This document shows, piece after piece, positions 13,576-28,181 of a stretch of DNA of 64,000 bases. Within the stretch, counting starts at the first letter, position 1. Every line of letters starts with the position of its first letter. The position numbers were made by a program, and so were the translations under genes. Below the pieces are notes generated by a model. The model had not been told where the DNA came from. It saw only the letters and a program-made list of their open reading frames with translations, and ran no database searches. Source of the stretch: Eledone cirrhosa (taxonomy: Eukaryota); the NCBI GenBank assembly GCA_964016885.1, contig OZ024743.1:7936001-8000000 (forward strand), read 5' to 3'.

Positions 13576-14435
13576 TTATTGATGTAATAATGTTAATACA
13601 ATATTATCCATTCATAATTTATTTTTAAAATGTTTTAAAATAAACAAAAAACATATTTTTGACAAAAAAGGGGAATATCCTTTGCTTTCTTTTTTTTTTA
13701 CCCAACTTTTTTTCAAGAGTTAAAATATGTCATAAAAATATATCTTTGTTATTGGTGAGCACTAATATTTATATTAAAGCCAACTGCTTTGACACTGGCA
13801 TTATATCAACTTTGAACTTTTATTCGATCGTGTCAATCATTTTAAACATTACCTAAGACAGCCACTTAAATGACCTTAGAAATTTTGATAACTTGCACGA
13901 AGTAGACACAGTTTTCGAATAAATATCATTGAATTCAATTATTAACCATTGAATGTAGTGGATAAAATCACTGCCCCCATAAAAAGATCGTCTTTCACAA
14001 TATCTATTTGTTATCTACTATGTATATTTAATAAAAACATAAAATAGATTTTAAAGTGAATGACATTGTTCGTATTTCTTTCGCTCCAAACTTACACTCT
14101 AGTCTAACTTGTTTTCCCTTCATGTCATTGACTCTATGAATTAGTACTTTTTGCACTTTGGCGACTAAATATTTTGATTTCTTCTTTCCCCTCCCTTGCG
14201 TTCTAAAATACTTTTTTCAATAAAAGAGCATTTCCTATCGTTTTATTGACATGTCTCGCCTTACGAATCCAAGAAAAAGTCACAGAAAAAGTAAAAGTAA
14301 AACATAAAGGAAAACGTGAAGAAATGACATCTAATTTTTTATTTTATTTATGACACTGAATAATAGATCAATTTCCTTTTCACGTAAGTGTAATATCATT
14401 GAATGAAATGTGTTGTCATTGTATACAAGTAATAT

Positions 14436-14642
14436 TGTTTCTACTATAGGCATAAGGCCAGCAATCTGAAGAGGAGGGGGAAAGTCGATTACTGGTGCAT
14501 TACTGGTGCTTTATTTATCGAACCCGTAAGGATGGAAGGCAAATCTAACCTCGGTGGGATTTGAACTCAGAACGTAAAGGGCTGTAACTCTATGTCACGA
14601 AGCATGGTGTCCGACACGCTATCAATACTGCCAACCCACCAC
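14436..14642 (-). mobile_element. tRNA-derived SINE (main family)
   Basis: Full length; flanking direct repeat ATACAAGTAATAT. Confidence 0.9.
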
Positions 14643-15209
14643 CCTGTACTGCATACAAGTAATATACTGTCAATTGATAAGCGATTTCAAATATTATCTG
14701 TTTAAGTAATTTTAAGTATTTATGATATTAAAATAAAAGGTGACTTTTCCTCTTGAAAATTGTAACTTATTCTTTGATTGACCACCCCAGTAACTTTATT
14801 CCTGTCACCCATATTACTACTCCAATTCCCTATGTATATACTAACACAAACTTCCACTCATATCTAGACAGTTTGATCACAGGTTACAATCATGTATTTT
14901 TCTTTTTTCGTGTTATATGATCTCTTCTCTATTAAATCACGTTTTTTGCACTTTCATGGCAAATTGCGATGACACTTTTATTTCAAATTCACCAACTCTT
15001 CCATAAGCTCTATTTTTGTTTCTTTACTGACATATTTTTTATTAACGACCTCTCAGTTGTCACTTTATTTGTTCGTCAACAACGGAACCCTATATGCCGC
15101 CCCATCCTTCAAATTCCCCCAATCTGCATATATCTTCAACAGGTAACCCATGTGCTCAAAATAAGAAGAATCTCTAAAATGTGTGGGGGGGGGGGTTGTG
15201 GGTATAGAA

Positions 15210-15580
15210 CGTTTTATTAATAATATAAAAAAAAAATCATAAACAAATCTATTTTAAATAACAACACTACAGATAACTAAAATACGGAAAATGAAGTGAA
15301 AGGCAAGGGTTCTGGGGTGACAGAAGAATGGGAGGGGGAAGAGGGTAATGTTCTTTAGGCCTAGTGCACGGACAATGTCCAGCGACACCTACTGCAAACA
15401 GCTACCCAACCTCGCGGGGCTCCTTCCTCATGCGGGCTGCTGACGTTACGATCTTGCGGGGGAGCTCGGCAGTACGGGGTCCAAGTACGCCTCTAGTTGT
15501 GTTTATGCATTTCAGGCTTGACTGGCCTTCTTCAGGACGGCCCCCCACTCCACCGCTTGCGATTGCTGGACTTGAAAACA
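15210..15580 (-). mobile_element. 3' fragment of a further Tx1/L1-like LINE
   Basis: GC-rich decayed ORF end, pyrimidine-rich 3'UTR and AATAAA on the minus strand at ~15213-15218. Confidence 0.4.
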
Positions 15581-15899
15581 GTCGAGAATATATAGTTTTC
15601 TCGTCTGTGTAAATGAGTTGATTAATCTCATTTGCATATGAAGCTAATAATATATTACTGAGTGGATTATATACCCTATTATTTATATTAGTATCCTGAA
15701 ATGGACGTACTAACTCGTATATTATTAGCACTCGTGTTGGTAATTAATAAAGATATATATCAAGGGCGGTGGACCTGGGGGGAGGGTGCAATGAGTCCCC
15801 CGCCCCTCCATAATTATATTTTTCTCCCCAAAATACCAAAACACACATCTATCTGTATATGCGCTACAATTTTTGTAGATGTTATGTAGAGATAGATGG

Positions 15900-16079
15900 G
15901 ATAGATAGATATAGAGAGGGGAGAGTTTGGCGTTGATATAGAGAGGAGGATTGGAAGAGAGTTCCGTGTAGTAGATATAGAGAGGGGGAAAGTTTGGTGG
16001 TAATTGATATAGAGAGGGGGATTGGAAGAGAGTTCCGTGTAGTAGATATAGAGAGGGGGGGGGGGGGTTAATTGATATA
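15900..16079. repeat. Purine-rich ~60-bp minisatellite, left part
   Basis: Unit GATTGGAAGAGAGTTCCGTGTAGTAGATATAGAGAGGGGG..; continues after the LINE. Confidence 0.85.
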
Positions 16080-16316
16080 CATTTCTATTTATTTGCCACC
16101 AGGGCATCAAAGATTGGGACAAATACAAAGGGGCAAGTTTACATACATTTAAAAAGACGTGTAAAAAACATATAACTAAATTTAACAATCGATGTCCTCA
16201 ATGGGAAGAGGCATTGACATGGGTCGCACACACCCCCGAAAAAATGTGCAACCCTCCTCTTCAGGAGCACAAAGAGCAGGTGCTTCCTTCCTCTTCTCAT
16301 TCTTCTCCTCTCTCAC

Positions 16317-19300
16317 CTACAGGCTGATATAGAGAGAAGGCCCATTCACTCGGGCCATTCTCGCTACTTTCACCCACCTTTCATAAAACTTGCTGGGGTA
16401 GAGCACCTCTCTCTCCATTCTGACCCTTCTTCTAAAGTGGTACTTGAAAAAAAAGACCAGTTGTTGGCCGGAGAGAAAGGTGCCTGACCTCAGCCCTTTC
16501 AATCTTGTCCACCATACAACTTCTTTCGCCATAGCTATCACACAGAGGAAAACCGCCTCTCCTTCGTTTTTGAAAGGGGGAGGCGGTTTGATCGTGACAA
16601 TGTACTCGGTGGTCAACCGGATTGGTCCCACCCGCGACAGTAGTCGTTCCACATAGCCACACAGGTCAGCAACGCCCGGGCAGTGTACGAATGCGTGTGC
16701 GACGGTTTCCTCGTCACGCACGCATCTCGGACAGATCTTCTTCGAGGGGTCCCTACCCGGGCGCCCGTGTCTGTAGAGCTTGTCCCGAACGGGTAGAGCT
16801 CCTCGGTAACATTGCCAAACCAGGGACTTTTGGAAGTTGTCCATCGGTCCCGGGCCAAACGTCCTACCGAACAGACTGGCCAGCTCATCTTCCTTCATGC
16901 CCAGAGCCTGTCCGAGAGCGTCGTCGCACTTACTGCGCACCAACCCTCTATAGAATGTTGAGGTTGAGTCTCCACTGATTGCCGGATCCGTTTGCCAGAG
17001 GGCCGTGAGCGCCTGGGCACATTCAATGTGCCAGTCGCCCACTTTTCTCGGTCTTTGTTTGACCCAGGATTGCAGCTCGGGGAGTGAGACGAGTCTCGGA
17101 AAGGCTCGCCTCACAAACAGGGCCCACACCGGCTGACAGGTGAGGAATAGCTGGAGGTGCCGTAGCCTTAATGCGTGTCTACGCATCGTCAGCCACGGCA
17201 TCCCCAGCCGAAGGGTGTTGACAGCAGATGGATCTTCTCACCAAAGAAGCCCGCTTCTTCCAAAGAAATCGGAAGAGCGCGCGCTCCATTTTGGCGAGTG
17301 TTTTCTCTGGGCAAGGCACGACGGTTAAGGGGTAGTAGATGACGGACGCTATATAAGCGTTCGCCACCTCCGCTCGACCTTTCAGGGATAGTTTGCACTC
17401 GGCCCACTTCTGGGCGAGTGCAAACACCTTGCCCGTTAACTTGTCCCAGTTTTTCTCCACCTGGAGGTCCGGTCCGAACCAGACCCCGAGCAGCTTCACC
17501 GGTCCCTCCGTCCAGCGTCCGACGATGCCGTCGGAGGGCATCGGTTTGCCCCTCCACGTTCCGAGTTGCAAAACGACGGACTTGTCCTGGTTCAGCTTGG
17601 CTCCTGTGAACCTTTCATATTCCTCCAGTAAGGTGTCGATCTGCCCGATTTCCGAGGCGCACGACACCATTACTGTCACGTTCCCTGCAACAGCTCCAGC
17701 TTCCGCAGTAGTGGCTCTAGACCCAGCACATACAGGAGGGAGGAGAGAGGAGAGAGGGCATCCCTGTCGGATGGATTGCGTGATTTGGAACGGCTCCGAG
17801 AGGTAGCCGTTCACCTTGACCCCGAGCAGGTGTTGCTGCTGTGCATTGCAGTAATCCAGCCCCTGAAAACGGGTCCGAAGCCTGCCACTGCGAGCACCGC
17901 ATCCAGGTACCGATGGTCAACCCTATCGAACGCCTTAGATTGATCCAAGTTGATCAGGGCCCCACCAAAGCCGGGTTCGTTCCCTACCTTCTCTACGATG
18001 TATCGCATGAGGTGGAGGTTGTCGTGTATGGACCTGGACGGGATTGCGCATGTCTGCGCTTCTCCCACCAGAATCCCGACGACAAGCGCCAACCTCTTCG
18101 CTAACACCTTGGCCAAAATCTTTAACTCTGTGTTTAGCAGAGTTATGGGCCTGAAGTTATCTATGTCATCCCCCTCGTTCTCATCCTTCCTCACCAGCGT
18201 GACTACGCCCTTGGTCCCAGAACTGGGAATTCTTCCGTTCTGCTGCCAGTTGCAGTAGACCGCCTCGAGGAGACCGGAGAACAAGCCCGGCATCGCTACA
18301 TAAAGTTCATAAGGTAGACCATCGAGTCCGGGAGATTTGCGTTTGCCGCATTGGCTCAGCGCTTCCCCTAAATCGGCCTCTCGCAGGACTACGCCCCCCC
18401 CCCGTCCGAGAACCGCGCCAGACCGTCGAGGTATGGACCGAAATCCATGGCCCCACCCGGCCCGCCGCCCCTCCCGAGCAGTCGTGCAAAGCGCCGTTGA
18501 AAGGCCGCGCTCATCCGCTCAGGTTCAAGGATCACGCGTCCATCCTGGTCCTTCAAAGACCGAATCGTGGACTTGTTTCCACTTTTTGCCTCTGTCACTC
18601 GGGCCCAGCTAACAGCTTTGGCTCCCTCGTTACCCATAGCACGTATTTTACTCCTGACAACGCAGCCCTCGTGCTTCACATCAAAGAACTGGTCTAGGGC
18701 CGTTCTTGACGCCAGCATGCCGGCCACGTTGCCACTCCTAATCGCCTCTTCTACTCTATTTGTTAATTCCCTTTCAGTTCTATTCCTATCTGATGCTAAT
18801 TCCCGACTAAAACCTATCGATTCTATTCTAATTTCTCTCTTGAGAGAGCCCCACCACCTGCTGTTGACAATTGCCCCCGAAAACGCTGCTTAACTAGTGT
18901 GCTAATCCGCTTACTGTAAGCTTTGTTTGTCGGTAAAGACAAGTTTAGCTTCCAGTAACCGGGTCCCTGTCTATGAGTTCTATCAAGGTTGACCACTCTG
19001 GTCACCAACTTGTGATCCGAATAGTCAACCATGAACATTCGTGGACAGCTTAATATGTCCCTATCCTTATTTCTAACTAGGAACCTATCTAGGTACGACC
19101 TAGATGTCCATGTCCACGTCCACAGTGGCACAGTCGGAAAATCTAGTCGATATCTATCGGCCAGATCAAATCGGCCGATTAATCGTTTGAGGCTGTTACA
19201 CTCCCCTCTATCGGGACATGCCCCTACATAGTCCCAACGTTCATCCAGGATACCATTCCAATCCCCCATTAAAAGCAAGGAGCGAGACGTTCCCAGGAAA

Positions 19301-19681
19301 GTCTCCAGGCGTCGGAAGAAGTCCGGTCGCGGTGTCCCAGATGGGGCATACGCTGCCACCAGCCTGAAAGCTCCACCTTCACCACTGTCGACGTCTAAAA
19401 CCACCAGTCGACCCTCCGGGTCCAGGTGTACCTTCTGTGTGGCAAGACCCAGGTAATATCGCAGCAGAACGACAACCCACCCCACCCCTCGGCTGACAGA
19501 GAGATGCGTATATCTCAAAGTCGTCGAAGATGGGGGCCAGTTGGCGCTCGTTGCTGATCCTGGACTCGCAAATAACCATTACATCCACTCTCTGCGACCT
19601 GAGGTCATTTAAGCGTTTGCCCTGTTTCCAGGACATCCTCTGGCCGCGTGCATTCACACATCCAACTCTTATATTGGCCAT
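16317..19681 (-). pseudogene. Tx1 ORF2 (APE-RT), frameshifted
   Basis: Pieces with VNARG, MGDWN, SYLDRF, YSDH, FRPITLLN, SKAFDRV, RQGCPLS, CPRC..H...HC; YADD segment deleted. Confidence 0.92.
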
Positions 19682-19720
19682 GTTGGTGCTGAAGAGTTAA
19701 GGAAGAGGAAAGGAAATTAC

Positions 19721-21548
19721 TTACCTCTTCGTCTCCTGGGGACCAGGCTGCACAATTTCCATGGGGGTGTTGGAAGGGTTGTTTGGTGGGGTGGTGGTTT
19801 GTGGTGGGCTGAGGACATCAGTGTGTGGTGGGATTAGGGTGTTTGGTGGGGTGTGGGTGTCTGGTATGGGGGTGGGGAAACATCTCAATAGGACGTGGTT
19901 AAGTGGTTTGGTGCAGTTGGTCCCCACATGCATTGGATGGTTCTTTTTCAAAGTTACATAGGTTTCCGTTGGGACCCTAATCATCATTAGGTGCGGTTTG
20001 TTCGCTGCGTAGGTGAAAGTGATCCCTTCAGTGGAAACCGAAAGGATCACTTTCACTGCTTTCATCAACGTTTCTACTGCTTTCATCAACGTTTTATTGT
20101 ACTTGTTAATGTATGTATAGAGTTTTTGTTGTGTTGTGTTTGTTTTTGTTTGTTGTTCTTGTGTGTGTTTGCGTTTTGTAGTATGTGTTATGTTTTGGGG
20201 AGGGATGGGTTTTTTTGTTTGTGATGTTTGTTCTGTTTGTGCTGGTGGTTGTGTGTTTGTGGCATTTTTGTTAATGTGGTGCCTTTTTTTTTCCTTTTCA
20301 CCTGTTGAAAGTATTCTCCCTCGTCGTCACTGGGCGACGTTGATACGGAGTCCTCTTCCGTGTTTGTTGGGGAGGGGTATATTTTGGGGTTTTGTTGTGG
20401 TTGCTTTTGTATTTGTTTTAGGTGGGGAGGGGTTGGGTGGAACAGTGTTTTCTGTTGTTATTTTTCCGTGTTGTTGTGATTGTTGTTGTTGTTGTTGTGG
20501 TGGTGGTGGTGGTTGTGTTGTTGTGTTCGGGGTTGGCAGAAGAGCCTTTTTTTTTACTCGTTAATTGAGGACAGGCAGCCCTCAGGTGACCCCTGCTTAA
20601 GCAGTGGTAACATGACGGCCGCCTTCCCTCCACTGAAATGATTATATAAGTTAGCCCGTCCAGAGGCACGCGTTGTGGGATATTCGCTATTCGTTCTGGG
20701 CTCATTTGCACCAGAACTTCTACGCTGGTCCCACCAAATACACCTCCGGAGGACTTTCCTATTGAAATTATCTTGTCTTCATCAAAGTTAATGATTCCAC
20801 ATAGTATCCACCAAATGTTTACATTTGGTGTGATACTCATTATTTTTATTCTTTGAGTCCTTTTTCCCCTGTATGTGGGGAAAAAGGTGAAGCGGGGGGA
20901 CACAATGGGTGATACCGAGTACTTTTGTGCTGTTGACTCGTTGTTCATTAGCACCGAAATGCTACCGAACAGTTTACCTTTTTGTATGAAGGTTATGTCC
21001 TTCATTGCATCTTTTAGAACCAGCTCAATTTCATTTTGTGTTAATTGAGCTGGGTTTCTTGTTTCGTTCGATATTGTCCTGAAAACCAGTTTTCAGGACA
21101 ACCTCTCTACGTAATTCCTGTGGAGAATTAATGCTAAAAGCACCGTTTTCGCCAAAAGTCACGAATTGTTTTGCGTCTTGTAGTAGTTGTTTAGCATTTG
21201 TTATGTCAATTGGCGTGTATAGTTCGTTTTTTTTACAGTCTGTGCGAATGTTGTTTTGGTGTTGTTGTCTTTTTTGTTGGTGCTGTTGTTGTCACTGTTG
21301 GTAATATTGTTCATGTTTTCCTTGGTGTTGCTATTGTTGCAGTTGTTGGTTGTGGTGTTATTGTCATTGTTCTTGTTGTTGGTGCTGGTATTATTTACCG
21401 GGTTTGATTTCGTGGTTTCAATATTTTCAACGTTTTTCGATAATGCGAGGGGGGAACGCTGCAAGCTTTGTACTCCTACCTTCCTTCCACCACTTTTCTT
21501 AGTGGGCGTGTCACTCACGACAGTGTGCGAGGTGGAAATGGCATCCAT
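19721..21548 (-). pseudogene. Tx1 ORF1, frameshifted
   Basis: CYHCLSRGHLRAAC knuckle; homologous to 2372-4268. Confidence 0.85.
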
Positions 21549-21753
21549 TGCTGACTACCAAATCTACACAGTTTTGAGATGAAAATAAAAATTTCGCCCC
21601 AGAAAGGGGCGAAAATTAGTTGACTCAACGTCTGGAAGCCCAGGCAAGGGGTTAAACTAAACAATGCTATTAAATTGAGCAATGAACTCACAGTTGTTTT
21701 GACAGTAATCCGTAAAAATCCGGAGCGAAGTAATTCACGTCTATATCAAGTGA

Positions 21754-22460
21754 TAATTGATATAGAGAGGAGGATTGGAAGAGAGTTCCGTGAAGATATA
21801 GAGAGAGGGAAAGTTTGGTAGTAATTGATATAGAGAGGGATATTGGAAGAGAGTTCCGTGAAGATATAGAGAGAGGGAAAGTTTGGTATTAATTGATATA
21901 CAGAGGGGGAGCGTTAGGTATTGATTGATATATAGAGGGGTATTGGAAGAGAGTAATGTATGGTTGATGCAGAGAGAGGTAAATAGAGTTTGGTAGTAAT
22001 GAATAGAGTGAGAGGATAGAGGTAGGTATTGATAGATATAGAGAGGGGGAGCATTTGATAGATGGATACAATTGGTAGATTTGGAGAGGGGTTGTAATTG
22101 ATATATAAAGGGGAATTGGGAGAGAGAATGTCGTGTGGTACATATAGAGAGGTGTAGATTTCAATGCTTGTAGATATAATGAGGGGGTTGGGAGAGATAA
22201 ATATTGCTAAATATTGAGAGGGGTGTTGGGAGAGACAGTATCGTAAAATATATAGAGGGAGGAGTTTGTGATGGATAGAGAGAACGATTACGAGAGAGTG
22301 TGGTAGAGATGGCGAGGGGGAGAGTTTGGAGATGATTGATATAAAGAGGGGGATTGGGAGAGTGTTTTGTATGTTAGATATATAGAGGGGGAGAATTTGG
22401 TGGTTGTAGATATAGAGAAAGGATAATGGGAGGGTGCCGTGTTGTAGAGATAGAGACGGT
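21754..22460. repeat. Purine-rich minisatellite, right part, increasingly degenerate
   Basis: Same unit as 15900-16079. Confidence 0.85.
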
Positions 22461-22825
22461 CCTAAATAGTAGGATGGCTAAAGAGCATTTTAATATAGAA
22501 AATGCAACTTGACCTCTCGAAGAGTCGTCAGATTTAGGTAATCTGTCATATTTCTTTCTTTAAACCTGATTGTGCTGTTATAGGTTAGTTAGGATATGTA
22601 TAATTGTTCGCTATTTCGATGGATATTTCTTCTCCTTAGATTCGAGGAACTTCAAATATCAGTTTCTTGACAATTATTTCGTTTTTTTCTATGTACGTTT
22701 TTAATCATATTGTCTTTGTTTTTTGTATTCAGTTGCTTTAACCGAGATTGTAGTTGGGTCGGATCTCCTGACACGAGAATTATGTTATCTGAAAATCAGA
22801 GGCGATTGAGAAATTTGCTGTCCAT

Positions 22826-23085
22826 AAGGCACCAGTAATGTACTGGGATCGATTTAATCGACTTTCCCCTCCTCGCCAAAATTGTCGGCCTTGTGCCTAA
22901 ATCAGAAATCATTATTGGTGGATTGGCAGTATCGGTAGAGAGTCGGACACCATGCTTTGAAGCATAGAGTTACGTCCCTTTATGATCTGAGTTCAAATCC
23001 AGCCCTTAGGGGGTCGATAAAATAAAGTACCAGTAATACACTGGGATAATTGCTGGCCTTGTGCCAAAAAGTAGAAACAACTATT
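22826..23085 (+). mobile_element. Two head-to-tail SINE copies
   Basis: 3' fragment ending AGAAATCATTATT (22916) followed directly by a new GGTGGATTGGCAG head. Confidence 0.88.
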
Positions 23086-23437
23086 AGATGAAATTTTATA
23101 TTTATTCTCCTCATACAGACAGCTACAATCACCAAAATACGTTGATTATTTGTTCTAATATTAATTCTACATTAATAACGAATATATAGCAGTCATCCGT
23201 TTATCAGATAATTGTTACAGTTGTAATATTATTCCCAAACAATTGAAGAGATACGAGAAAATATGAATGGTGGTTCTACATGAATTAGTTAATGTACTCA
23301 TGTGTCACTAGATTGTAAATCTTATCGATATCTAATATTTTATAAAAGTTACTGAAATATTTTCACTTTCTTCAATAAGTCAATTGTACTTCCTATTCCA
23401 CTTTCCTTTCTATGAACAACTTGTATTATATGACGTA

Positions 23438-23638
23438 GTGGATTGGCAGGACGGTGGATTGGCAGTATCGGTAGAGGGTCGGACGCCATGCTTTGACGCA
23501 TAGAGTTACGGCCCTTGCCATTCTGAGTTCAAATTCCGCCGAAGGTAACTTTGCCTTTCATCCTTACGGGGTCGATAAAATAAAGTACCAGTCATGCACT
23601 GGTAATTTCTGGCCTTGTGCCAAAAGTGGAAACAATTA
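23438..23638 (+). mobile_element. tRNA-derived SINE (main family)
   Basis: Full length with duplicated head GTGGATTGGCAG. Confidence 0.9.
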
Positions 23639-24793
23639 TATGATGCTAAACACACATGGATTGTAGGCTGGGTTATTTTGTGACTAATGCTAACTGGCTG
23701 AGATTCAAAGGTTACTGGTACTAATTTTGTTGAAATTTATTCCTTAAAAAGCAATAAAATTAATTCGTTCCTTCCTCAACTGCGTTGATTAAACATATCT
23801 TGTAATTTGTGATTCTTTTCATTAAAATAGAAATTAATTTCTTATCTCTTTATTTAAGTATGGCTCGTTGCATAATCTTAATGTTAATCATTGTTTCAGA
23901 ATAAATAAAACCAGTGAACCTTTTACATCGTCAAGCAGACAAACATCTGAAGAAACCCGCAATTGTATGAATTTAAATTTAGTTTTGGCGAAATACCCTA
24001 ATTAGATTTTATGCTATATGAATTCGATGATAACACAGAAGACTGGCATGATAAACATGTCGATATATTATTTTTAGGGTTAGTAATACTTCTATTTTTT
24101 TGTTATCTCTATATTTATTTCTGTTTAGTGACACTTTCCTCTGACCCTTGTTTCATTTTACGTCATTCATTTAAAATACACCTTATCAGATGCTGCACTT
24201 GTTTCACTGACCATAAATGATTACTGTTTACCTATTGTATTACACTTGTATCTTGAATTAAGATGGAATCTGATGTAAATTTAGTTAGAATTTCAGAGTG
24301 GAGTCATTATTTTGAGAACATCAGGTTTTCTCAGGTGATTATTGGTCGTAAAATACTAGGGTGAAGATAAGATATTTTCATTTGTTTATTTTTTATAATG
24401 CCCTATCTTTCAGATGATCTTCAATGACATTAGACTGTAATTTGACATGATCATTTCACCTGTGTTACTGTTGAAGTTATTTGATATATATCTAGTTTTA
24501 TATTCTCTCTGCGTGAGAATATGTGATGAACGTTTCAAAACAATCTGTTGGTGGTGCCTTTATGCTCAAACGGAAATTGCCACATATATCCCATTTCTTT
24601 CTAGAGCTGTAGACATCACATCTCTAACTCTGTACACATTTTCGTAAATAGACATACACTCATTTACACACACACTTTCTCTCTCCCTCTCTCTCTCCCT
24701 CTCTCCCTCTCTCCCTCTCTTTCTCCCTATCTCCCTCACTCCATCTCTCTCTCACATACACACAAAGATTTCATACTCATACACACGCATATG

Positions 24794-24834
<41 letters not shown>

Positions 24835-24890
24835 TTGTGTGTAATGTGTAATGCGTAGTATTTTCGAGCGTATACTTACTTTAAGAAATG

Positions 24891-25016
<126 letters not shown>

Positions 25017-25021
25017 GTATG

Positions 25022-25117
<96 letters not shown>

Positions 25118-25118
25118 G

Positions 25119-25161
<43 letters not shown>

Positions 25162-25171
25162 CTGTGTGTAT

Positions 25172-25417
25172 ATATTTATTAAAATAACAGATTAAAGTTT
25201 AAGCAAAGAATCGCTGCTTTCACCCTTAACGGGATCTTCTGAAACTAAAAAAGTCAATCTGTGAACGCAGAAGTAAATATTTCAAAAAACGTTGCAACCG
25301 ATGGAAGACAGAAAGTCGATACTGTGGTTCGTGGAAACGTTCCCTGGCAAAGAACAGAAAAAAACGAAGATAATACGTCATTACACTTAAACTTTAATCT
25401 GTTATGTTAATAAATAT
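25172..25417. mobile_element. Short element with ~32-bp inverted ends next to (TA)n
   Basis: ATATTTATTAAAATAACAGATTAAAGTTTAAG and near-exact reverse complement at 25386-25417; same end sequence recurs at ~34213-34246. Confidence 0.65.
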
Positions 25418-25507
25418 TTGCTCTACGGTTCTTATATATTTGATATATATTTATCCTTATCGAGCCCTCTTTGGACTTTAGTCTTCAAATTTATTATTAC
25501 TATATAT

Positions 25508-25592
<85 letters not shown>

Positions 25593-25652
25593 TTTCGCTC
25601 TAACATAGCGGATACGTAAATGCATTCGTCAGTGAATAATAATAATATAATA

Positions 25653-25840
25653 ATTGTTTCTACTATTGGCACAAGGCCAGCAATTACCTCAGTACATTAC
25701 TGGTACTTTATTTTATCGACCCCGTAAGGATGAAAGGCAAAGTTAACCTCGGCGGGATTTGAACTCAGAATGGCAAGGGCCGTAACTCTATGCGTCAAAG
25801 CATGGTGTCCGACCCTCTACCGATACTGCCAATTCACCGC
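25653..25840 (-). mobile_element. tRNA-derived SINE (main family)
   Basis: Near-consensus reverse complement, AAT-rich flanks. Confidence 0.92.
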
Positions 25841-26147
25841 CTTGATATAATAATATAATAATAATATAATAATAATATTCGATTCGTTTGCAAGCAAACA
25901 GCCTCATAACGCCGTGTAACTTTTCGTGGTTATTGTCCCTTATCAAGATTGGTTACCTCTACGTTTCTACTACACACTGGAACCCTTATATATGTAGTTA
26001 ACCATTGCAGGATATTTTCTAGCTAATATTTTACAGTTAGACATGTATTGTTTAATGTTTTAATTGGGTTAACTTCAATAATTTTAGCTTTGAGACTTTT
26101 CATTGTTGATTGAATATAGGAGTTTGAGTTTCCTTATTTCGTGTGCT

Positions 26148-26428
26148 CACAAAAGATGGTGTAGGACATAACAAAGGAGAGAGAGAAAATAACTACAAAA
26201 GTAGTCACTGGGGAGATCACAGAATATGTGACGAAAGAGCTTTGGCCATCTACAACAACTAAACAACTATCCGGTCATTAAACTAACCGACTGGGTGTTT
26301 ATAATGAATTGAAGTGAAACCTCAGGTGCGTGTGTTTCTTATTGGCAGCATGACCCTCCCAAAGTATAACAATATCTGTTTCAAAACACGTTTTCAGAAA
26401 TCTTGTTAAAACCAATACAAAAACGAAG
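26148..26428. repeat. Unclassified dispersed repeat
   Basis: Homologous to ~44088-44390 (GGTGCGTGTGTTTCTTATTGG..CATGACCCTCCCAAAG.ATAACAATATC). Confidence 0.7.
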
Positions 26429-28181
26429 TAGGAGTATAGACATATTTAAAATCAGAAAATGTGTTTAAAGATAAGTTTCAATTAATACTGTAAATATTTA
26501 ATATATCAAATATTTTCAAATTATATATATTTCAGATATTTCAGATATCTCAGATAGAAATTCCTTTATTATCATATGGCATCAAAGACCAAATAGTCCT
26601 GATATCTCTGATTTCAATGATATTTAAGTAGGTGAGGTATACATCTCTCTTCTCTAGGCAGGTATCCGTCATATGTAAGCTTTCTCGTAAACAAGACTGA
26701 CTTCAAGAAAAACAAACTAACAAATCAGTCGTCAAATTTACAATACTACAACTACATACATGATACTTGATTGTCTCTCAGTAGACTCCACCAGCTTGGT
26801 GAACTTGGCCATAAACCCATGGCGACGCCATTTAATGTTTATGAACCAAAAGCTTTCAGCCATTTGTCCTGTACTTTATCAGTTCAGTGATTTGTTTATC
26901 TACCGGTAGTCAGGAAATGGCAAATCTCTTTAGATAAACTGCCGACTGAAGGGCTTCGCTATCAAAATATGCAACATGCTCTTCACACATTCCTTGCTAA
27001 ACATATATTAACAATAATTAACAATTTAAATGTTTAGAGCATATTTGTCGAATAAGCTTGCGATTATGTAGTTTTATATTCTAACTCAATATAATCTAAT
27101 AAAGATGTTTTTTTTGTTTTTTTTCATCTTAAGGTCGAACCTTTTCTCCACTTGATAGAACGAAATTGATGAAACTTACAGAAAATAGAAAGAGAGTATT
27201 TCTTTCGAACTGCTTTGATATCCCCTTTTCAATTAGCTGTAAAATATGAAAATAAATGAAATGCCATTTACTTTAGACTAAAATAAGCTGTAATAAACAT
27301 AATTTAAACAGAGGGCACACATATTTATCTTATACTTATTTTATTCAACCAATTGAGTAATGATCTGCTGCCCAGTCATTGTAGTAGAGGTCATTGTAAA
27401 AGAACTTGAAACATAAAAGAATACTGAATATATACATGTATTAGTGTTGTTATTCCTTTGATTTATATTTACGAGTGCAATCTTAGTTCACTACCCGATA
27501 TATATTTTCTATGTCTCTAAAACACGCGAGAGACTCATGAACGCCACAACCTCAACTTTACTTACTTCTACAATTTATTTACGTTTTTTTACTATGCTAG
27601 AAACAATTATTCTGTCTTACCGAATGTTACATTTTATCATGTATCTTTTACGAAAGATTAGAGGGCTTGCTTACTCTAAATGAATATTTCAAGGTGTCAT
27701 TTTTAGAAAGCGGACAGGCTACTGTGATAGCAAAGATAACCTGTGTTGACCCGAAGATTTGGCTAACTACGTTCGAGACAAACGACACAAAGGTCAAATC
27801 TTTGCGAGAAAGGATCAGGTCATGAGATGAAGATACCTGAAAATTATACACCTCCTGTACTGCTTACTGTGAATAAGAACTTTTTAGATTGCTTACAAAG
27901 CTAACACGAATGCTAACAGATCCTTACTGTCAATTAGTTTTATAACTTCGAGAGATAGTGCCTGTCAATTCTAAATCAGATAAGATTTTGATTATTGTGG
28001 TAGTGGTGCGTCATTTTGTAAACTGATGAATAAACATGATGAATAGTTTTAGTAAGTTCATGAAACTGAAACAGTTTCTGCTATTTCGTGAAGACAGAAT
28101 GAAAATCAATTAGATACACCCTTCACCTAAAATGTGTCACTTTGTGCCAATGCTAACTATCATAAATTATTATTATTAAGC

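Larger units (their letters stand above)
16080..21753 (-). mobile_element. Tx1/L1-clade LINE, family A copy 2 (full length, decayed)
   Basis: 5'UTR, ORF1, ORF2, 3'UTR with AATAAA; candidate TSD TAATTGATATA at 16069-16079 and 21754-21764. Confidence 0.93.

Noticed and set aside
15900-22460. CRISPR-like repeat array
   Set aside because: Degenerate tandem minisatellite with no unique spacers and no cas genes
28018-28080. CUGAUGA...GAAAC hammerhead candidate
   Set aside because: No convincing stem I, basal stem II or cleavage triplet
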